Assembly: GCA_050287845.1 (NCBI GenBank)
Contig: JBNKCR010000118.1
Span: 18,938 to 82,937, forward strand
From: Polyangia bacterium
GTDB taxonomy: Bacteria > Myxococcota_A > Polyangia > JAAYKL01
Reading direction: 5' to 3'
Length of the DNA: 64,000 nucleotides
Below the pieces are notes generated by a model that was not told where the DNA came from, searched no databases, and saw only the letters and a list, made by a program, of their open reading frames with translations. This document shows positions 57,635-64,000 of the stretch, piece by piece. The first letter of the stretch is position 1. Each line of letters opens with the position of its first letter. Position numbers and translations under genes: made by a program.

Positions 57635-58050
57635 GAAAATCTCCTCACTCTGATAAATGAATACCACGGGGCGCCTGATAATATATCATCGAACGCCTGA
57701 AATAAACATCACGTAAATGCGATGAATGCGACCGTTCCAGCGCTATTGTATGCAGCTGGCTGTGACGGGACCCGACGTGAGAATCCGATACTTTCATTTG
57801 ATGGTATCAGGATAAAGTCTCGAAAATAATTTTGATTTCATTGTGAACATATCTGAACTCAGCGTCATGGTACCGACTCAGAATCCGTTGCCCAGCCGGA
57901 TCAGGTCGCTGCAATGGACTCGCCCTGCCGGCAGTGGGACATTAGAGAAGTCTTTTTTTTCACATTTTGCAGTGAGTTGGTTAATATGACAATAAATTGG
58001 GATGTAGTCCGTGTTATCGGCAACCACAGTGATGGACCGAGGAGGTTTGA

Positions 58051-58704
58051 ATGACCCGCAATAAAGCAGCAGTGTTGACGGTTGGCGCTTTGATCGCCTC
58101 CGCGGTTTCGGTTCAATTGGCGATCGCTCAGTCAAAGGACGATTGGCGCGACGCCACAGCAGAAACGCAGCAACCGAAGCTGCTGTTATCTCAGAGCTAT
58201 CGGGGAACGAGTCCGGGAGACGGGAATAATCTGCCAAGGGTGACTGAACTGAAGGAAAAGAGTGGCCTCTGGATTACCTGGCCGGGATTCATGATGACCG
58301 AAGACGGTGGTTCCCGGGTGTTTCTCCAGACCACCGGGCCAGTGAAATATACGCAGAAGAAAACCGGAAAAAAGGAAATTGTTCTGGTATTCAGAAAAAC
58401 CGGGATTTATCTCTCCAATAATCGAAATCCGCTGGTTACCGGCCATTTCAATACCCCGGTTGCCCGGGTCAATCTGAAAAGACGCAGCGGGAAAACCACG
58501 GAATTGGTGATGAAACTCAAGGTGGAGTCTACCCCGACCATATCGCAGATGACGGATAATGATGGATACAACTATCTGTTTATCGATTTTCCGGCGGGAC
58601 AGTATCCACAGACCGGAAACAGCGAACCCCGTTCATCATACAGCAGCAGCACCAATGCGGACGTCGTTACAGATTACGTTGTTCCTGAAGAAATTCAGGA
58701 GTGA
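58051..58704 (+). CDS. Secreted protein, unknown function (possibly AMIN-like beta domain)
   Basis: The signal peptide is MTRNKAAVLTVGALIASAVSVQLAIA. Confidence 0.35.
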   Translation: MTRNKAAVLTVGALIASAVSVQLAIAQSKDDWRDATAETQQPKLLLSQSYRGTSPGDGNNLPRVTELKEKSGLWITWPGFMMTEDGGSRVFLQTTGPVKYTQKKTGKKEIVLVFRKTGIYLSNNRNPLVTGHFNTPVARVNLKRRSGKTTELVMKLKVESTPTISQMTDNDGYNYLFIDFPAGQYPQTGNSEPRSSYSSSTNADVVTDYVVPEEIQE

Positions 58705-58730
58705 ATCAGGCGTGTCACGGGTGAGCTGTT

Positions 58731-59384
58731 TCAGAATTTTCCCGTAATCAGATTAATACCCAGTAAAAACTGCCTATCGTTGACCGGCGATTGAAACAGC
58801 GCGGGCGCAAGCACATTGATGTCAACAGATTTCGACATGTGAAAATGTTGCAGGGTTTGCATAGTGGCAGCGTTTATCCCCGGGACCAGCGATGGCAGAG
58901 CAAGCTGAATCAGGATATTCAATACGTTAACATGATCATCGTCAGATATGGTGTGGTTGCTGCCCACCGGCGTCGGGTTGAACATTTCAGCGCGCTGCAG
59001 TGGCTGAAGTAGCGCCAGCCCGAAGGTGGTGACCGCCGTACTGATGTAGGCGCCCAGAAGTGATGGGAGGAAACGACCGGATGTACGGGAATGCCCGGTC
59101 AGTTTCCTGGCGAGGGTGACTCCCAGTATCGGAGCGATGGCAAGGGAAGCGGACAATGTGAGTTGTCTGGTGGACTCCGGATGTGCTGACTCTCGATGGG
59201 TCAACGTGACCTGCACAATATTGACACCGGGAAAGTTGGAATCGGTCATTTCTCCGTCGATTTGCAGTACGGATTCAGTGGATAGCCCATTGGTCTGTGC
59301 GCATATCCCCGGGGGCACAATCAACAATATGAGTGCGGCGATCGGGGCGTGAATGCTGTTTATTTTTGATATTTTTAACATCAT
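58731..59384 (-). CDS. Secreted or outer-membrane protein, unknown function (C-terminal Phe)
   Basis: A signal peptide is present. The protein ends …LITGKF. Confidence 0.35.
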   Translation of the reverse strand: MMLKISKINSIHAPIAALILLIVPPGICAQTNGLSTESVLQIDGEMTDSNFPGVNIVQVTLTHRESAHPESTRQLTLSASLAIAPILGVTLARKLTGHSRTSGRFLPSLLGAYISTAVTTFGLALLQPLQRAEMFNPTPVGSNHTISDDDHVNVLNILIQLALPSLVPGINAATMQTLQHFHMSKSVDINVLAPALFQSPVNDRQFLLGINLITGKF

Positions 59385-59674
59385 TGTTCATCCCTGCTTG
59401 CGAAAGGCGTACCAGACACTCTCCCGGCGCAAATTCGATAATATACCGGGGAACCTGAACAGAGAGACGTTCGGCCGTGAAATAACTTCACACTTTCGTC
59501 CGTGTGGAACGCGCTGTTCCGTAGCCGGAAAACTTATGATGATAAATGTGATTTTGGCAGTACCAATAAGATCTTTTATGCAGATCCGCCCGAATTTGAT
59601 TTAGTGCTGCCTCTTTATAATCGGATTTGTATCGATCCGCTTGTTTCAACGAGCCAACTGAAAAGGAGCGAAGT

Positions 59675-60988
59675 ATGAATAAAAAATTCCTTATGTGGTG
59701 TATCGCATTGCTGGGATTGACGATGTTGGTGGGATGCGGTGCAGAAGATTTGCCGGACGCTACCAGTTCCAGTGACAGTGATTCGGATACGGATACCGAC
59801 ACTGATACGGATACCGACACTGATACGGATACCGACACTGATACAGACACGGACACTGATACTGATACAGACACGGACACTGATACTGATACAGACACCG
59901 ATACGGATACCGATAGCGATGCAGATACCGGGGAAGGTAGCGCATGTCAGTTTGAATGTCTGCCCCACTGCATATCCTGGGGGGGTACTGGTATGGACGG
60001 TACCTGCGAAGAGGAGTTGCGATGCTGCGACGGGGCGACGGTTCCCGATACTTCTGACACCGATACCGACACAGACACAGACACAGACACTGATACGGAC
60101 ACTGATACGGATACGGATACGGATACCGATTCAGACGGCGATGCGGATTTGGGTATGTTTGTGGGCAATATCACCACCTTCGGCAGAATCCGGGATGATT
60201 TTATGCAGTATTGGGATCAGATTACCCCGGAGAACGAAGGCAAATGGGAATCCGTGGAGCGCACCCGGGATCAGTACAACTGGGGTGGGGTGGATGCCGC
60301 ATACGAGTTTTCGAGAAAAAACAACATTCCATTCAAGCAGCATACCTTCGTCTGGGGCAGTCAATATCCAAAATGGATCGATGGTCTTCAACCCGCGGAG
60401 CAGGCTGCCGAAATCGAAGAGTGGATTAGCGATTTCTGTGAGCGGTATCCCGATACCGAACTGATTGATGTTGTCAATGAATCCACTCCCGGACATGCAC
60501 CGGCGGAATACGCCCGCAGCGCATACGGGAATGACTGGATCATCAAGGTCTTTCAATTGGCCCGGACGTATTGTCCCAAGTCCATTCTGATTCTCAATGA
60601 CTATAATGTGCTTAGCTGGAACACAACAGAATTCATCAACATGGCCCGCCCGGCGGTGGAAGCGGGTGTGGTGGATGGATTGGGGATGCAGGCACATGGC
60701 CTTGCAGACTGGTCGTTGAACGATATTAAAGGAAAATTGGATCAGGTGGCGGCTCTGGGGCTTCCTCTTTATATTTCCGAATTCGATGTGGATGTGGCCG
60801 ATGATCAGCGGCAGAAGCAGGTGATGGAAGAGCAATTCACCATGTTCTATACCCATCCATCTGTAAAAGGCATCACGCTATGGGGATATCTGTTGGGGGG
60901 TACCTGGGTGACCAACAGTGGACTCATTCGGGATGACGGCTCGTTACGTCCGGCGATGACCTGGTTAATGGATTATCTGCAACGGTAG
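59675..60988 (+). CDS. Endo-1,4-beta-xylanase (GH10) lipoprotein with two (TD)n linkers flanking a small Cys-rich module
   Basis: The ATG at 59675 follows AAGGAG. The lipobox is LVGC. The GH10 motifs are ITPENEGKWE, DVVNEST (acid/base) and YISEFDV (nucleophile). Confidence 0.75.
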   Translation: MNKKFLMWCIALLGLTMLVGCGAEDLPDATSSSDSDSDTDTDTDTDTDTDTDTDTDTDTDTDTDTDTDTDTDTDTDTDTDSDADTGEGSACQFECLPHCISWGGTGMDGTCEEELRCCDGATVPDTSDTDTDTDTDTDTDTDTDTDTDTDTDSDGDADLGMFVGNITTFGRIRDDFMQYWDQITPENEGKWESVERTRDQYNWGGVDAAYEFSRKNNIPFKQHTFVWGSQYPKWIDGLQPAEQAAEIEEWISDFCERYPDTELIDVVNESTPGHAPAEYARSAYGNDWIIKVFQLARTYCPKSILILNDYNVLSWNTTEFINMARPAVEAGVVDGLGMQAHGLADWSLNDIKGKLDQVAALGLPLYISEFDVDVADDQRQKQVMEEQFTMFYTHPSVKGITLWGYLLGGTWVTNSGLIRDDGSLRPAMTWLMDYLQR

Positions 60989-61064
60989 GTTGTCCCCGTC
61001 GCGATTTCACCCTCTCCGGGAATAAATGCTTCCAACCCGCATGACGTTCATTTAAAAGGTTGTC

Positions 61065-61580
61065 ATGGTACCTGATGATGCCCGGAAATATCTGTCTATC
61101 TATCCCCCTGATCTGGTGGAAAAAGCGGTTCGTCTGATGAAATCGAATCGGTTGGGAGTGTTGCTGAAACAGAAATATCCCACTGCCCATGCCATCCGCA
61201 CAGATAAAGCGTTGTACTCATATGTGGTTGGACTGAAAAAAGACTTCATGCGGCAATCCGCCAATATCTGCCGTATCTGTTTTGATGACCGCATTTCTGC
61301 CCTGGAAAATGCGCTGGGACAGCACCGGTTCAAATCAAGGGTCCAGGGCAGCAAGTTGCGCGCTTCGAGTGAAATCCGAATCGCATCCGTGTTTAAAAGA
61401 GCGCCGTTGCCGTTTTTAAGAATGATTTGCGTTCATGAGTTGGCGCACCTGCGGGAAAAGGAACACAATCGGGCATTCTACCGGTTATGTGAGCACATGG
61501 AACCCGAGTACCATACCCTTGAGTTCGATATGCGGTTGTTTCTGATGCACACTCGGATACATGGTCCGCTATACGATTGA
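61065..61580 (+). CDS. YgjP-like (DUF45/M48-related) metal-dependent hydrolase
   Basis: The motif is VHELAHLREKEHNRAFYRLCEHMEP (HExxH…E). Confidence 0.6.
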   Translation: MVPDDARKYLSIYPPDLVEKAVRLMKSNRLGVLLKQKYPTAHAIRTDKALYSYVVGLKKDFMRQSANICRICFDDRISALENALGQHRFKSRVQGSKLRASSEIRIASVFKRAPLPFLRMICVHELAHLREKEHNRAFYRLCEHMEPEYHTLEFDMRLFLMHTRIHGPLYD

Positions 61581-61743
61581 ACAACGGCCGCGACGGCGAT
61601 TCCCGGGTGACACAACCGGAACTCACCGGAGTATTGAAACCGCCGGGTAAAAAATAATTTTTTTTTGCAACAACTTCTCTGCGTGGCCGAGGGGCCGGTC
61701 GCTGTCACGGGGACAGCTGAATGAACTCAACAGGGAGGTAGTT

Positions 61744-62862
61744 ATGAAAAAATTGGTTTTGGCCCTTGTATTGACACTGCTCGCGGGGGCGTGCGATTCG
61801 GGGCTCGACGTGGATGAGAAAAACGTTGCGGATTCGATTGTGGAAGGGACGGACAGCGTGGCGTCCGGCAACCAGAGCACGGATGCCGCGGGCGGAACCG
61901 GTGCGGTCACCACCGACAGTGGCAGCAGTAATGGAGCGTTGGACGCCAATGGGGACACATCTGTTCCTGAATCGGATAAAACTGATACATTTGGCGCCGA
62001 TGGTATTGACAGTCAGACCGGGATGGACACAGACACCGGAATACAGAATGACGATACGGAAGTGGTCACTGCAGATACCACGTCGGAGAATGTGACGGTG
62101 GGATCAGATGAAATGCCGGCTCAGGAAGGGGATACGGATTCTTCCGAAAGTGACGCCGGGTTGGAAGACACCGCGACATCAGATAATGGGGACGACGTTG
62201 GCAATGATGAGCAGGTGATGGATACGGATTCGGCGGAGAGTGTTGAAAACGATGACAGTGAGACCGCAGTTTCGGATTCGGACAGCGATGAGTCCGTCTG
62301 TGAGCCAGCGCTGGTGATTAATGAAGTGGATTATGATGTACCGGGCAAGGATACCGCTGAGTTTGTGGAGCTGCTCAATCCCACGGATTGCGCCATACCG
62401 GTTGCGGGACTTTCGCTGGTGCTGGTAAACGGCAGCAACGCCGAAGAGTATCGACGGATTTCATTGGAAGATGCAGGTGTGGAAATGATTGGCGGCGGTG
62501 AATACATGGTGATTCACGGAGATGATTTGGCCATCCCTGAATCCGCGCTGGAGATCACGATGAGTTATGCCAATGGATTCATCCAGAATGGTCCGGATGG
62601 TCTGGCAATTTTTGACGAGACGACGGGCACGGTACTGGATGCGTTCTGCTATGGCGCGGCCATGACCGAAGTGATTTTCAAGGGAGTGGACGGCGTGTTT
62701 GACCTGGTGGAAGGCGAGCTGAATCCCTTGCTGGAGGATTCCGATGAGGCTGGCGTGTCGATTTCCCGGATTCCCGATGGCGCGGATTCGCAGAGTGGGG
62801 CAGCGGACTGGGCAGTGACTGCTGCAACGCCCGGCGAGCCGAATGCCCCTCTCCCGCAGTAG
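61744..62862 (+). CDS. Lipoprotein with an acidic low-complexity region and a C-terminal lamin-tail domain (LTD)
   Basis: The lipobox is LLAGAC. A D/E/T/S-rich segment follows. The LTD block is PALVINEVDYDVPGKDTAEFVELLNPTDCAIPVAGLSLVLVNGS. Confidence 0.55.
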   Translation: MKKLVLALVLTLLAGACDSGLDVDEKNVADSIVEGTDSVASGNQSTDAAGGTGAVTTDSGSSNGALDANGDTSVPESDKTDTFGADGIDSQTGMDTDTGIQNDDTEVVTADTTSENVTVGSDEMPAQEGDTDSSESDAGLEDTATSDNGDDVGNDEQVMDTDSAESVENDDSETAVSDSDSDESVCEPALVINEVDYDVPGKDTAEFVELLNPTDCAIPVAGLSLVLVNGSNAEEYRRISLEDAGVEMIGGGEYMVIHGDDLAIPESALEITMSYANGFIQNGPDGLAIFDETTGTVLDAFCYGAAMTEVIFKGVDGVFDLVEGELNPLLEDSDEAGVSISRIPDGADSQSGAADWAVTAATPGEPNAPLPQ

Positions 62863-62936
62863 CGCTACGCTCGGGAAGCCCACCAAGGACCAGTTTTTCA
62901 TTCTATCCACCATCAATCAGTGATACACCCGGGGCA

Positions 62937-64000
62937 TGACGGCCAGGAAGGACAGCAATCAGGTGGAAGGCACCATTGAGCGCATTGTGTACCGCAATGA
63001 AGATAATGGCTGGACCGTGTTGCGTCTGAAACCTTCCGGACAATCTTCGAATGAGAAAAGTCGGGGGGGGGAACTGCTGACAGTGGTGGGGGCATTTCAG
63101 CAGGTGTCAGCGGGTGAAACGTGTCGCTTTGGCGGCCGCTGGGTAAGCGATTCCAACTTTGGCAGGCAATTCAAGGCAGACACCTGTTTGCCCCTGGCAC
63201 CGGCGACCCTCGTGGGGATTGAAAAGTTTCTGGGCTCGGGATTGATTCCCGGCATCGGCAAGGTGATGGCGGAACGGATTGTCAAACGTTTTGGCATGGA
63301 AACACTGGAAGTGATTGAACATTCGCCCAGTCGTCTCGCGGAGGTGGACGGGGTGGGGACTGTTCGGGCCCAGTCCATTTCCGGCGCATTGGTCGAACAT
63401 CGTGAAGTGAAGAACGTGATGGTATTTCTGGAGTCCGCCGGTATTTCACCTGCCTATGCCCACCGCATTTTCAAGCGATATGGAAAAAAGGCCATTAAAA
63501 TTGTGAGCGACAATCCCTACCGGCTGGCCAGTGACGTCCATGGAATTGGCTTTAAAATGGCCGATCAGATTGCGAATCATCTGGGAATTCCAAGTGATTC
63601 TCCATATCGCGCGGAAGCCGGGCTGCTCTATGCTCTGGAAGAATTTTCAACCGAAGGACATGTGTTCGTGCCCAGAGAAGAGCTGCTGATTCGGGGAGAG
63701 CAACTTCTCGAAATTGGCATTTCGGAACTGGATGCCGCCCTTGAACGGCTGAAATTGATGGGGGGGGTTCTGTCCGCCGGGAAGGGGACGGGCGCGGCGT
63801 CCGAACCGGTATATCTCCCCAGTCTATACGAGGCGGAGAAATCTGCCGCGGCGCATCTGTTGCGATTGACCCGGGGACAGTGCCGGCCACTTCGGATGAA
63901 GGCGGAAATGGCGATTCGAAAAGCAGAAGCGTCGTGTGACATACTTCTGGCGGCGCAGCAGAAAATGGCCTTCAGCGCAATGGGGCAGTCTAATATACTG
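62937..64000 (+). CDS. recD2: RecD2-type SF1B DNA helicase, 5' portion (runs off the window end)
   Basis: The N-terminus is GTIERIVYRNEDNGWTVLRL. Tandem helix-hairpin-helix motifs are present (LVGIEKFLGSGLIPGIGKVMAERIVKRFG). The frame is open to position 64000. Confidence 0.6.

Overview
This 64-kb window is a bacterial chromosomal segment. Coding density is high and GC is moderate, with islands of distinctly lower GC. The gene content (a sigma-54 enhancer-binding response regulator, an ECF sigma/anti-sigma pair, lipobox signal peptides, outer-membrane-like proteins) indicates a Gram-negative organism. I cannot assign a lineage from sequence alone. The gene repertoire (DUF4388 response regulator, PEGA, FHA-GGDEF, NFACT, an Anbu operon, a GH10 xylanase, secreted esterases and lipases) would fit a deltaproteobacterial/myxobacterial or FCB-group polymer degrader. 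The six-frame track uses ATG, GTG and TTG starts, so I re-derived several starts from internal ATGs with Shine-Dalgarno support.

The most notable content is as follows.

(1) Two tandem rhs (YD-repeat) cassettes lie at about 1.2-5.7 kb. Both are N-terminally short or orphan. Each ends in the PxxxxDPxG(L/M) boundary followed by a different, unrecognisable low-GC C-terminal domain and a small downstream low-GC ORF that I read as the cognate immunity gene. A roughly 92-bp direct repeat brackets the second cassette. About 1.1 kb of gene-poor DNA follows.

(2) An unusual family of secreted or lipobox proteins is present: lipases, a PHB-depolymerase-type esterase, a GH10 xylanase, an alpha/beta hydrolase and several unknowns. 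Their domains are joined by (Thr-Asp)n or (Ser-Asp)n linkers encoded by perfect 6- or 12-nt microsatellites at 6-7 loci.

(3) A complete four-gene Anbu-type operon is present: circularly permuted ATP-grasp, alpha-E, Anbu proteasome homolog, transglutaminase-like.

(4) A cell-envelope operon runs from an ECF sigma/anti-sigma pair through secreted/outer-membrane proteins to a large GT-C-like membrane protein. It is convergent on a polyprenyl-phosphate-sugar GT2.

(5) The esterase gene is flanked by 24-26-bp direct repeats, one of which duplicates the 3' end of the neighbouring antiporter gene.

Housekeeping genes are also present: Rel/SpoT, YbeY, QueG, NDH-2, an EF-G paralog, an RlmI-like methyltransferase, a partial RecD2 and an NtrC-type two-component system with a CpxP/Spy-like gene. 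I could not identify any tRNA/rRNA gene, CRISPR array or transposase by eye.
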